This document shows positions 15,336-32,129 of a DNA stretch of 64,000 bases, piece by piece. The notes under the pieces are model-generated. The model was not told where the DNA came from. It ran no database searches and saw only the letters and a list, made by a program, of their open reading frames with translations. Position 1 is the stretch's first letter. The number at the start of each line of letters is the position of its first letter. Made by a program: the position numbers and the translations under genes. Source of the stretch: Eledone cirrhosa (taxonomy: Eukaryota); the NCBI GenBank assembly GCA_964016885.1, contig OZ024756.1, positions 18,600,001 to 18,664,000 of the forward strand, in the 5' to 3' direction.

Positions 15336-16029
15336 TCATTTCATAGGTCACATATGTTAAATGACGTTTGCTGCGGGATCGAACACGAGACCTTATGATT
15401 GCGAAGCAAGATTTTTAGTTATTCCATCATAGTTTGTTTCATAACTCTGTTTCGTAACGACCATACTGGGAGAGATGTAGAAAAATAAACACAGCTTCAC
15501 TGTAACAGATACCTAAATATGGAATGTTACGCGATGGGCACCCCCCCCCCCTCCACAGCCCCGGCGGACAAGATGGAGAAGGCGTTTCCCCGGAGGACGG
15601 CAAGGGAGACGGACGACCATACTATGTCCACAATTTAGCCGTGACCAGAGGGCATAGCCGTGTCGCACCCACACGCTTCCCAGTTCGATCCCACCGTGTG
15701 GCAATCTTGATCAAAGTGTCGTTTAAACCATAGTCGTGGGTTGATCATGCAATTGAAAGTAGAATTTGGTTGTCGATAAAATAAAGCACTGCGGTCGACA
15801 TAATTGGCTGTTCCTTTCACCTAAACCCGTCCTTGTGTATATGTCGTCGTCATCATCATCATCATCACATGGTCCCTCCAGAGATAACTGCTCTCACAAC
15901 AACACAATACCTGTTTCTGTTTTGTTATTTGTTTCAGTCATTAGACTGCGGCCATGCTGGGACACCGTCTTAATTTAGTCGATCATGTCAACCTCAGAAG
16001 ATCCTCAGTATTCTTCGATAACACATACC

Positions 16030-16670
16030 CCCCAGGGAACTCTCTACCACCCTAGAAACTCTCTTCCCCGGGGGACTCTCCACACTAGACACTCTCTCCT
16101 CAAGGAACTCTCTTCCTCAGGGGACTCTCTATCCAAGAAACTTTCTTCCTCAGGGGACTCTCTACACTAGACACTCTCCTCAGGGAACTCCCTTCCACAG
16201 GGGACTCTCTCCCCCCAAGGGACTCTCTATACTAGACACTCTCTCTCCAGGGAACTCTCTACCTCAGGGGACTTTCTTCCACAGGGGGCTCTCTACCCTG
16301 GAGACTCCCTTATCCAGGTGGCTCTCTACCCTAAAGACATTCTTCCCCGGGGGACTCTCTACCCTAAAGACTCTCTTCCCCAGGGGGCTCTCTACCCTAA
16401 AGACTCTCATCCCCAGGGGACTCTCTACCCCAAAGACTCTCTTCCCCAGGGGACTCTCTACCCCAAAGACTCTCTTCCCCAGGGGGCTCTCTACCCCAAA
16501 GACTCTCATCCCCAGGGGACTCTCTACCCTGGGGACTCTCTACCCCAAAGACTCTCTTCCCCGGGGGACTCTCTTCCCCAGGGGACTCTCTTCCCCAGGG
16601 GACTCTCTACAGTAGAGACCCTCTTCCCCAGAGGACTCTCTACCCTGGTGATCCTCTCTCCAGGGGTCCC
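16030..16670 (+). repeat. 33-bp GC-rich minisatellite (GACTCTCTTCCCCAGGGGRCTCTCTACCCYAAA)
   Basis: Tandem units, giving the 11-aa periodicity in the spurious ORF 16318-16698. Confidence 0.88.
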
Positions 16671-16906
16671 TCAATATTTTTCGAAAGCTCAATCTTGAAA
16701 GCAATGATATTTTTGTTCATTTACTTTTCGTAATACCTAAGTGACACATGCGTTTGTAAGATCTAAGGTCAGGGAACGAAAAGTAGAAGGCATCTATCCC
16801 CAGGAGCATCTATCCTCTTTCCTTTATATAAATATATAAATATTATTTATTTATGTTCATAAATGGAACAAAAGCGCTACCTTAGGTTAGGTTTCAAGGG
16901 CCTATG

Positions 16907-16971
<65 letters not shown>

Positions 16972-17197
16972 AAGTATGACCCCGACGGCAGAGCTCAAGC
17001 CTATTTCCCACCGTACTGCCCTAAGTATTGAGTACTCTAGTGCGTTATGGTCCATCTGGTTTCTTACCACAATTCCTTTGTTATATATATATATATATAT
17101 AAATAAATAATTACAATAGTGACATAAACAGGTACTCAAGTTTCGTTGGTTCGGGGCCCCAACTCATTCAGCCTGTCATGAGAAAAATAAAAACATG

Positions 17198-17247
17198 ACA
17201 GGCTGAATGAGTTGGGACCCAGAACCCAACGAAACTTGAGTACCTGT
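17198..17247 (+). ncRNA. Type I hammerhead ribozyme in a foldback insert (17102-17337)
   Basis: acagg CTGAATGA gttggg-acccagaa-cccaac GAAAC ttga GTA cctgt; the core has a 1-nt insertion. Confidence 0.75.
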
Positions 17248-17336
17248 TTATGTCACTGTTGTAATTATTTATACTAAACTCCTTCTATGGACTGAGTGCT
17301 CTTACTCTTGCATATTTTCACTTAACTTTTACTTCC

Positions 17337-17394
<58 letters not shown>

Positions 17395-17445
17395 AGAATT
17401 AGCCGTCGAAACGGCTTGAGCTCAGCCGTCGGGGTCTTACTGGTT

Positions 17446-17511
<66 letters not shown>

Positions 17512-17551
17512 ATATTAACAAATGTAAACTATATTTATAAAACCATATTTA

Positions 17552-17613
17552 TTTCATTATACATATTTCAAGGGCCACCAAGGTAAACTAAGGTGCGCTT
17601 TCATCAGATAAAA
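17552..17613 (-). ncRNA. Minimal type I hammerhead ribozyme in a foldback insert (17506-17780)
   Basis: Minus strand: ttttat CTGATGA aagcgcacc...ggtggccctt GAAA tatgtat A atgaaa. Confidence 0.7.
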
Positions 17614-17940
17614 TATAATATAGGTTAGTTTTATAAATATATATTGACATACCCTTAAAAAATGCAACCATATGTATAATGAAATAAATATGGTTTTATA
17701 AATATAGTTTCCATTTGTTAATATATTGTACATTTACTCCAATATGTTGTATCCCAACAAATTAAATATAACCTCTACATATATATATATATATTTTTGA
17801 GTATATGTTGGTTGTTTACCGACACCTCAGTATGCAGATTGGAGGACTCGACGAAGTACGCGGGTTGTTTGTTTACTCCGGAGTAATGTAAATTAAGTAA
17901 GTCAAACATGTAAAATTTGGTTTCGTTTATTTTAAATTAT

Positions 17941-18199
17941 CTGCTATATATATTTCGGTGACAGCTATTATTGGCTGTGACCTCTTCTGGCAGTACGAAT
18001 TAATGTGGAAAAAACAGGTAAACATGGTGTTGAAGTGTGTTCCACTCTGTCAATTTATCGATATGTCCAGCTCCTGGGTTTGTTGTTAGTCCTCCGAGGA
18101 ACTGGAACACATTTCAACAACATGTTTACCTGTCTTTTCTACATTAATTCGTACTGCCTGAAGAGGTCACAGCCAATAATAGCTGTCACCGAAATATAT
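17941..18199. ncRNA. Two inverted copies of a minimal hammerhead ribozyme in a foldback insert (about 17795-18200)
   Basis: Plus strand 18154-18199: ctgc CTGAAGA ggtcacagc-caataata-gctgtcacc GAAA tatat. The minus copy at 17941-17993 has CAGAAGA and retains the stem I partner gcag. Confidence 0.7.
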
Positions 18200-18719
18200 C
18201 TATATCTCGAGAGAGAGAGAGAGAGAGAGAGAGAGTGTGTGTATGTGACAATAAGAATTGCAGCTTTTTGTGAAACTTTATTTCATATTACAATTGTTTC
18301 TATATCGATCAGCTCAGGTTTCACTATGCGATCGGATCCCGACTCTTAATCGCAAGTTTTCAAGCATTCCGTAAATGGGTAGATTATTTAAAAGGCTACG
18401 TAATGGGTGTGGTGGCGGTGGCGTGGGGAGGGGCTCCTTGTTTTAAGGACTCTCGGCTTTGGCTTGTTTTTGTCATAGTCTTTACAAGATGTTCAGGGCC
18501 TTTAAAGGCCTGGGTGAAACAAAATCCAATATACTTGGTTGTTTCCGCTCACGGTGTGTATGGCCTTGAGAACAATTATACAACACAGTATTTTGGGCAA
18601 CCGTAATGTAATAATATTAATAATAATAATAATAATAATGCAATATTATTAATTATAAATACTAATTACATATAAAAAACACATAAAAATGTTAATTAGT
18701 TTACATACGTGTATATGTA

Positions 18720-22285
<3,566 letters not shown>

Positions 22286-22462
22286 CATCATCATCATTTC
22301 ATTTTACGTCCGCTTTTTCCCTGCTTGCAAGGGTGGGACGGGAACTGATTCTGGCTTGATTTCTACAGCTGGATGCCCTTCCTAACACCAACCTCATTTA
22401 CAGTGAGTGCTGGGTGTTTTTTTGTCGTGGCACCTACACGACCACTTTGCAGTGAAATGATA

Positions 22463-22580
22463 TGGACCCCAGTCCCTATCATCTCATTTCTACAGCTGAG
22501 TAAACTGGAGCAATGTGAAATTAAGTGCCTTGCTCAAGGAAACAACGCATCACCCGGTCTGAGAATTGAACTCACAACCT
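22463..22580 (-). mobile_element. CORE-like SINE fragment (a related copy lies at 59845-60003)
   Basis: acagctgagtaaactggagcaa.gtgaaa.taagtg.cttgctcaagga...gaattgaactcacaacc. Confidence 0.7.
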
Positions 22581-22581
22581 T

Positions 22582-23027
<446 letters not shown>

Positions 23028-23052
23028 CTCTGTGTGTGTGTGTGCTCTTGTG

Positions 23053-23083
<31 letters not shown>

Positions 23084-23201
23084 GCATATGTGTGTATATA
23101 TATCTATATATATATGTGTGTATGTGTATATATATATACATATATATACACATATATATACATGTGTCTATATATATATATATATGTGTGTGTGTGAGTG
23201 T

Positions 23202-23262
<61 letters not shown>

Positions 23263-23352
23263 CTGTATATATATACTGTATATATATATATAAAATATAA
23301 ATGGAGGCATGTGTTTATATAAATATCAATAGACGTGCGCATAAACACAGTT

Positions 23353-23392
<40 letters not shown>

Positions 23393-23744
23393 TTATACAC
23401 ACATACACAAACAAACACACACAAACACGTGTACTCTGTAGTGTAAAGTAAACAGACACCGGAATTAATTTACGACGGAGAACTATTTTTAATTATATTT
23501 TTCTTTCTGTAAATGTATTTAAATAGGATGAAACGAGTGATCTATTGATCGTTTGGTGAAGTTGTCCTTTGCATGTTTTTATCAAATTACCCTTTTAAGA
23601 TTTTAATGAAGTTTACCCTTTCAACGAAACCCCACTGAAGAGTTGAGAAAATGTCTTCTGTGATATTTCCGCGCATGCTCTACTCCAAAATGTCGAGCAA
23701 TTTTGCGAATTATATGTTTAAAACATACGAAATTTTTTGTTGAT

Positions 23745-23960
23745 GCTGTTGTGTTTGTTGCTGTTGTGTTTGTTGTTGCTGTTGTTGTTGTTGTTGTTGC
23801 TATTGTTGCTGTCGTTGTTGTTGTTGCTGTTGTGTTTGTTTTTGCTGTTGTTGTTGTTGCTGCTGTGTTTGTTGTTGTCGTTGCTGCTGTCGTTTTTTGT
23901 TGTTGCTGTTGTGTTTGTTGTTGCTGTTGTTGCTGTTGTTGTTGCTGTTATTTTTGTTGC

Positions 23961-23991
<31 letters not shown>

Positions 23992-24298
23992 GCTGTGGTT
24001 GCTCTTGTTGCTGTCGTTGCTGCTGTTGCTGTTGTTGTTGCTGTCGTTGTTGTTGCTGCTGTTGCTGTTGTTGTTGCTGTTGCTGTTGTGTTTGTTGTTG
24101 TTGTTGTTGCTGTTGTGTTTGTTGCTGCTGTTGTTCTTGTTGCTCTTGTTGTTGTTGTTGCTGCTGTTGCTGTTGTTGTTGCTGTCGTTGTTGTTGCTCT
24201 TGTTGCTGTCGTTGTTGTTGCTGCTGTTGCTGTTGTTGTTGCTGTTGTTTTTGTTGTTGAAGTTGTTGCTGTTGTTGTTGTTGTTGTTGTTGTTGTTG
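23745..24298. repeat. (GTT/GCT)n trinucleotide array
   Basis: Direct reading; source of the poly-C/L/V/Q/T/N ORFs. Confidence 0.95.
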
Positions 24299-24419
24299 AT
24301 AATAACATTTATCATTCAGTAGACTAATGCATGGCTGTGTGGGTAAAGAGTTCATTTTGCAATCACTTGATTTTCGGGTTCATTCTCGCTACACAACGCA
24401 ACACACTGGTCATCTTGGA

Positions 24420-24459
<40 letters not shown>

Positions 24460-24585
24460 CGTGTAGTTTTGTATGTGTGTGTATCCTAATGTAGTCCCGG
24501 GTTCATCAATGCCTTGGGAGTAGAATTTGGTTTAGTAAAACTACCGGAACGAATACCGCAAATAATTCTGTCCGACGTTCTTAGG

Positions 24586-27500
24586 ACTCTGTTAATTCAC
24601 CGCCTGAAATGTGGCATATGACGTTCCCTCATTTCCTAAGACGTGTGCTATGATATTCCAATGACTGTTAATTCACCGCCTGAAATGTGGCATATGACGT
24701 TCCCTCATTTCCTAAGACGTGTGCTATGATATTCTAATGACTGTTAATTCACCGCCTGAAATGTGGCATATGACGTTCCCTCATTTCCTAAGACGTGTGC
24801 TATGATACTCTAATGACTCTGTTAATTCACCGCCTGAAATGTGGTATATGACGTTCTCTCATTGCCTAAGACGTGTGCTATGATATTCTAATGACTCTGT
24901 TAATTCACCGCCTGAAATGTGGTATATGACGTTCTCTCATTGCCTAAGACGTGTGCTATGATATTCTAATGACTGTTAATTCACCACCTGAAATGTGGTA
25001 TATGACGTTCTCTCATTGCCTAAGACGTGTGCTATGATATTCTAATGACTCTGTTAATTCACCGCCTGAAATGTGGTATATGACGTTCTCTCATTGCCTA
25101 AGACGTGTGCTATGATATTCTAATGACTCTGTTAATTCACCGCCTGAAATGTGGCATATGACGTTCTCTCATTGCCTAAGACGTGTGCTATGATATTCTA
25201 ATGACTCTGTTAATTTACCGCCTGAAATGTGGCATATGACGTTCCCTCATTTCCTAAGACGTGTGCTATGATATTCTAATGACTGTTAATTCACCACCTG
25301 AAATGTGGTATATGACGTTCTCTCATTGCCTAAGACGTGTGCTATGATATTCTAATGACTCTGTTAATTCACCGCCTGAAATGTGGTATATGACGTTCTC
25401 TCATTGCCTAAGACGTGTGCTATGATATTCTAATGACTCTGTTAATTCACCGCCTGAAATGTGGCATATGACGTTCTCTCATTGCCTAAGACGTGTGCTA
25501 TGATATTCTAATGACTCTGTTAATTTACCGCCTGAAATGTGGCATATGACGTTCCCTCATTTCCTAAGACGTGTGCTATGATATTCTAATGACTCTGTTA
25601 ATTCACCGCCTGAAATGTGGCATATGACGTTCTCTCATTGCCTAAGACGTGTGCTATGATATTCTAAGAACTCTGCTAATTCGCCGCCTGAAATGTGGCA
25701 TATGACGTTCTCTCATTTCCTAAGACGTGTGCTATGATATTCTAATGACTCTGTTAATTCACCGCCTGAAATGTGGCATATGACGTTCTCTCATTTCCTA
25801 AGACGTGTGCTATGATATTCTAATGACTCTGTTAATTCACCGCCTGAAATGTGGCATATGACGTTCTCTCATTGCCTAAGACGTGTGCTATGATATTCTA
25901 ATGACTCTGTTAATTCACCGTCTGAAATGTGGCATATGACGTTCTCTCATTTCCTAAGACGTGTGCTATGATATTCTAATGACTCTGTTAATTCACCGCC
26001 TGAAATGTGGTATATGACGTTCTCTCATTGCCTAAGACGTGTGCTATGATATTCTAATGACTCTGTTAATTCACTGCCTGAAATGTGGCATATGACGTTC
26101 TCTCATTTCCTAAGACGTGTGCTATGATATTCTAATGACTCTGTTAATTCACCGCCTGAAATGTGGCATATGACGTTCTCTCATTGCCTAAGACGTGTGC
26201 TATGATATTCTAATGACTCTGTTAATTTACCGCCTGAAATGTGGCATATGACGTTCCCTCATTTCCTAAGACGTGTGCTATGATATTCTAATGACTCTGT
26301 TAATTCACCGCCTGAAATGTGGCATATGACGTTCTCTCATTGCCTAAGACGTGTGCTATGATATTCTAATGACTCTGTTAATTTACCGCCTGAAATGTGG
26401 CATATGACGTTCCCTCATTTCCTAAGACGTGTGCTATGATATTCTAATGACTCTGTTAATTCACCGCCTGAAATGTGGCATATGACGTTCTCTCATTGCC
26501 TAAGACGTGTGCTATGATATTCTAATGACTCTGTTAATTCACCGCCTGAAATGTGGCATATGACGTTCTCTCATTTCCTAAGACGTGTGCTATGATATTC
26601 TAATGACTCTGTTAATTCACCGTCTGAAATGTGGCATATGACGTTCTCTCATTTCCTAAGACGTGTGCTATGATATTCTAATGACTCTGTTAATTCACCG
26701 CCTGAAATGTGGTATATGACGTTCTCTCATTGCCTAAGACGTGTGCTATGATATTCTAATGACTCTGTTAATTCACCGCCTGAAATGTGGCATATGACGT
26801 TCTCTCATTGCCTAAGACGTGTGCTATGATATTCTAATGACTCTGTTAATTCACCGTCTGAAATGTGGCATATGACGTTCTCTCATTTCCTAAGACGTGT
26901 GCTATGATATTCTAATGACTCTGTTAATTCACCGCCTGAAATGTGGTATATGACGTTCTCTCATTGCCTAAGACGTGTGCTATGATATTCTAATGACTCT
27001 GTTAATTCACTGCCTGAAATGTGGCATATGACGTTCTCTCATTTCCTAAGACGTGTGCTATGATATTCTAATGACTCTGTTAATTCACCGCCTGAAATGT
27101 GGCATATGACGTTCTCTCATTGCCTAAGACGTGTGCTATGATATTCTAATGACTCTGTTAATTTACCGCCTGAAATGTGGCATATGACGTTCCCTCATTT
27201 CCTAAGACGTGTGCTATGATATTCTAATGACTCTGTTAATTCACCGCCTGAAATGTGGCATATGACGTTCTCTCATTGCCTAAGACGTGTGCTATGATAT
27301 TCTAATGACTCTGTTAATTTACCGCCTGAAATGTGGCATATGACGTTCCCTCATTTCCTAAGACGTGTGCTATGATATTCTAATGACTCTGTTAATTCAC
27401 CGCCTGAAATGTGGCATATGACGTTCTCTCATTGCCTAAGACGTGTGCTATGATATTCTAATGACTCTGTTAATTCACCGCCTGAAATGTGGCATATGAC

Positions 27501-28420
27501 GTTCTCTCATTTCCTAAGACGTGTGCTATGATATTCTAATGACTCTGTTAATTCACCGTCTGAAATGTGGCATATGACGTTCTCTCATTTCCTAAGACGT
27601 GTGCTATGATATTCTAATGACTCTGTTAATTCACCGCCTGAAATGTGGTATATGACGTTCTCTCATTGCCTAAGACGTGTGCTATGATATTCTAATGACT
27701 CTGTTAATTCACCGCCTGAAATGTGGCATATGACGTTCTCTCATTGCCTAAGACGTGTGCTATGATATTCTAATGACTCTGTTAATTCACCGTCTGAAAT
27801 GTGGCATATGACGTTCTCTCATTTCCTAAGACGTGTGCTATGATATTCTAATGACTCTGTTAATTCACCGCCTGAAATGTGGTATATGACGTTCTCTCAT
27901 TGCCTAAGACGTGTGCTATGATATTCTAATGACTCTGTTAATTCACTGCCTGAAATGTGGCATATGACGTTCTCTCATTGCCTAAGACGTGTGCTATGAT
28001 ATTCTAATGACTGTTAATTCACCGCCTGAAATGTGGCATATGACGTTCTCTCATTTCCTAAGACGTGTGCTATGATATTCTAATGACTGTTAATTCACCG
28101 CCTGAAATGTGGCATATGACGTTCCCTCATTTCCTAAGACGTGTGCTATGATATTCTAATGACTGTTAATTCACCACCTGAAATGTGGTATATGACGTTC
28201 TCTCATTGCCTAAGACGTGTGCTATGATATTCTAATGACTGTTAATTCACCGCCTGAAATGTGGTATATGACGTTCTCTCATTGCCTAAGACGTGTGCTA
28301 TGATATTCTAAGAACTCTGCTAATTCGCCGCCTGAAATGTGGCATATGACGTTCTCTCATTGCCTAATACGTGTGCTATGATATTCTAATGACTCTGCTA
28401 ATTCGCCGTCTAAGACGTTG
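24586..28420 (+). repeat. Satellite of 78-bp monomers (76-bp variants), about 49 copies, with a 936-bp (12-mer) higher-order repeat
   Basis: Monomer GTTAATTCACCGCCTGAAATGTGGYATATGACGTTCYCTCATTKCCTAAGACGTGTGCTATGATATTCTAATGACTCT. Diagnostic variants recur at 936-bp spacing. Confidence 0.97.
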
Positions 28421-29009
28421 GATTATGACGTTCTTTCAACTCTATCACTTCACTGCCTAAGACGTGTGCTATGATATTCTAACAACTCTGTTACTTCACC
28501 TCCTAAGACGTTGGGTTATGACGTTCTCTCAACTCTGTCACTTCACCGCCTCAACTATGGAGCAAGACGTTTTTCTGACGACTCTGTCACTTCAATGTCT
28601 AAAATGTCGTTTATTAGATAATAATTAGTGTTCTGGACAAGAACATGAACAACAACTTGAAATCTTTGCTAAGGTAAATTTACTGTTTGTACTCGGGCAA
28701 CACTGCTCGGCCAAGGCCATACTCTGGACAAGATGATTTCAGTTCAATAGTGTATCTTATACAATGTCCTTCTTTCGAGAACATTCGTTTCCCACACCAT
28801 ACATACTGAGTTGTGGCCCCACCCAATAAAAAAAACTACGCAATTCACACAGTATATATTCTCAGCAATAGCAAAAAGAAAACGACTTTCACAACTAACA
28901 AACTAAACCCTAAAACAACACATACGCACATAGCCACAAGCACAGAGACATGCGCGCACGCACGCACGCACACACACACACACACACACATACACACATA
29001 CACACATCC

Positions 29010-29040
<31 letters not shown>

Positions 29041-29104
29041 GCAGCAGCAATAATAAAACAAATCATACGACATATTAATATAATTCTCACACCCAAAGAA
29101 TATA

Positions 29105-29292
29105 ATTGTTTCTACTTTAGCCACAAGGCCAGCAATTATCCAGTACATTACTGGTACTTTATTTTATCGACCCCGTAAGGATGAAAGGCAAAGTCAACCT
29201 CGGCGGGATTTGAACTCAGATCGTAAAGGGACGTAACTATGCTGGAAAGCATGGCGTCCGACCCTCTACCGATACTGCCAATCCACCGCCTT
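29105..29292 (-). mobile_element. Full-length tRNA-derived SINE
   Basis: Minus strand: aggcggtggattggcagtatcggtaga (A box) ... gagttcaaatccc (B box) ... gtagaaacaatt tail. Confidence 0.88.
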
Positions 29293-29399
29293 AGAATATA
29301 AAGCTGCGCAGGCTCCAAGATTACACAAGCGCCACAAACGAGTATGTAAAACTTCAAAGGGCGCTTGTTGAAAAACAAAGATTAATCTATATTATTCTT

Positions 29400-31270
29400 A
29401 TTGTTTCTACTTTAAGCACAAGGCCAGCAATTACCCAGTAAAGTACCAGTAATGCACTGGGTAATTGCTGGCCTTGTGCCTAAACACGAAACAATTATTA
29501 TTAGTATTATTGGCATAAATATTATTCCAGCATAGTTACGTCCCTTTACGATCTGAGTTCAAATCCCGCCGAGGTTGACTTTGCCTTTCATCCTTACGGG
29601 GTCGATAAAATAAAGTACCAGTAATGCACTGGGTGATTGCTGGCCTTGTGCCTAAAGTAGAAACAATTATTATTAGTATTATTGGCATAAATATTATTCC
29701 AGCATAGTTACGTCCCTTTACGATCTGAGTTCAAATCCCGCCGAGGTTAACTTTGCCTTTCATCCTTACGGGGTCTATAAAACAAAGTACCAGTAATGCA
29801 CTGGGTAATTGCTGGCTTTGTGCCTAAAGTAGAAACAATTATTATTAGTATTATTTGCAGTATCGGTAGAGAATCGGACGCCATACTTTGCAGCAGAGAG
29901 TTACGGCCCTTTACATTCTGAGTTCAAATCCCGCTGAGGTTAACTTTGCCTTTCATCCTTACGGGGTCTATAAAATAAAGTACCAGTAATGCACTGGGTG
30001 ATTGCTGGCCTTGTGCCTAAAGTAGAAACAATTATTATTAGTATTATTTGCAGTATCGGTAGAGAGTCGGACGCCATACTTTGCAGCAGAGAGTTACGGC
30101 CCTTTACATTCTGAGTTCAAATCCCGCCGAGGTTAACTTTGCCTTTCATCCTTACGGGGTCTATAAAATAAAGTACCAGTAATGCACTGGGTGATTGCTG
30201 GCTTTGTGCCTAAAGTAGAAACAATTATTATTAGTATTATTTGCAGTATCGGTAGAGAGTCGGACGCCATACTTTGCAGCAGAGAGTTACGGCCCTTTAC
30301 ATTCTGAGTTCAAATCCCGCTGAGGTTAACTTTGCCTTTCATCCTTACGGGGTCTATAAAATAAAGTACCAGTAATGCACTGAGAGTCGATTTAATCGAC
30401 TTTTACCCCCCCCCCCCCCCCCCCAAAAAAAAATTGTTGGCCTTGTGCCTAAATCAGAAACCGTTATTAAGGGCGATGGATTGGTAGAATCGGTAGAGCA
30501 TCGGACAGTATACTTTGCAGCATAGAGTTACGGCCCTTTACGCTGTGAGTTCAAATCCTCGCCGAGGTTAACTTTGCCTTTTCGTCCTTACGAGGTCGAT
30601 AAAATAAAGTCCCAGTAATGCACTGGGGGTAATTGCTGGCCTTTGTGCCAAATATAAAAACAATTATTATAAGGACGGTGGATTGGCAGAATCGGTAGAG
30701 CACCGAGAGAAATTCTTTAAGGTATATATATGTTCCTGGCTCTTTACATTCTGAGTTCTAATTCTGCTAAGGACAACTTTACCTTTCACCATTGCAGTGT
30801 TTCTACTTTAGGCACAAGGCCAGCAATCACCCAGTGCATTACTGGTACTTTATTTTATAGACCCCGTAAGGATGAAAGGCAAAGTCAACCTCGGCGGGAT
30901 TTGAACTCAGATCGTAAAGGGACGTAACTACGCTGGAAAGCATGGCGTCCGACCCTCTACCGATACTGCCGAATAATAATAATTATAATTGTTTCTACTT
31001 TTGGCACAAGGCCAGCAATCACCCAGTGCATTACTGGTACTTTATTTTATCGACCCCGTAAGGATGAAAGGCAAAGTCAACCTCGGCGGGATTTGAACTC
31101 AGATCGTAAAGGGACGTAACTACGCTGGAAAGCATGGCGCCCGACCCTCTACCGATACTGCCAATCCACCGCAGTGTTATAATAATGGTTTCTACTTTAG
31201 GTACAAGGCCATTAAATTTTGGGGAAGGAAAGTCGATTAAATCGACCCAGTGTATTACTGGTATTTTATT
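29400..31270. mobile_element. Dense SINE cluster: plus-strand tandem units (172- and 193-bp periods) followed by minus-strand copies
   Basis: Repeated SINE bodies with unit markers at 29861/30054/30247 (period 193); inverted copies at 30800-31170. Confidence 0.88.
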
Positions 31271-31554
31271 TGTATCGACTCTGTACCAGATAATAAATAT
31301 CCAAAGAAATATGGACAAAGAAATATATGTAGGTGAGGATGTGGAAAACCCATCTGTGAAAGGACAGGAAATAAGTATGAATGAGACGGTGGGGGTGGGG
31401 GTGGGTATGGGAGGGTGTTGATATGCTAATTATAATGATTGACAGTTTGTTAGCGAGTCTATTTCTATTGTTAGCGCATCATATATTAATAACCAGAAAA
31501 CCTGTTATACAGGAGAGTGAAACTTTCCATGACGTCACTCTCGACAAAGGGTTG

Positions 31555-31905
31555 ATAGTGGCGCTGGTGGTGTTGGTGGTAGGGGTTCTAGTGATGGAGG
31601 AGGTTCTAGTGGTGGTGGTGGTGGTGGTGGTGGGTTCTTGTGGTTGAGGCGGTGGTGATGGGGGGATTCTAGTGGCGGCGGCAGTGGTGGTGGTGGCAGG
31701 GGTTCTAGTGGTGGTGATGGTGGGGTTCTAGTGGTTGGGTAGGTGGTGGTTCTAGTGGTTGTGGTGGGGGTTTTAGTGGTTGTGGCGGTGGTGGTGATGG
31801 TGGCGGTGGGTTCTTGTGTTGGTTCTAGTGGTGGAGGTCTTGGTGGAGTTGGGGGTTCTTGTGGTGGTGGTGGTGGTGGAATTTCTAGGGGCAGTGGTGG
31901 TGGTG
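31555..31905. repeat. GGT-rich degenerate repeat
   Basis: Direct reading. Confidence 0.8.
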
Positions 31906-32129
31906 AGTAAATTGTTTCATGAGGACAAGAAAACCACCACCGCCACCAACAACAACAATAACAACAACAAAGGAAGGATTACTTGATAAAGTCTTGTAGA
32001 TCGGAATGTATTTAGTTTCAAATGGTCTTTCTATATTTTGAGTTTCCAATGAAACTCATTATATATACTGTAATTCAATAGCCTGTAGACATGTATGGTC
32101 CCGTGACATAGAAAGGGGACATAGAAACA

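Noticed and set aside
16264-16698. Repetitive 11-aa ORFs on both strands
   Set aside because: Product of the 33-bp minisatellite; no other coding evidence.
23618-23650. Permuted hammerhead-like text tcaac GAAAC ccca CTGAAGA gttga
   Set aside because: Only four bases lie between the boxes, so stems I/III and the cleavage triplet cannot form.
24586-28420. CRISPR-like regular array
   Set aside because: The units are contiguous near-identical monomers with no unique spacers and no cas genes, in a eukaryotic context.
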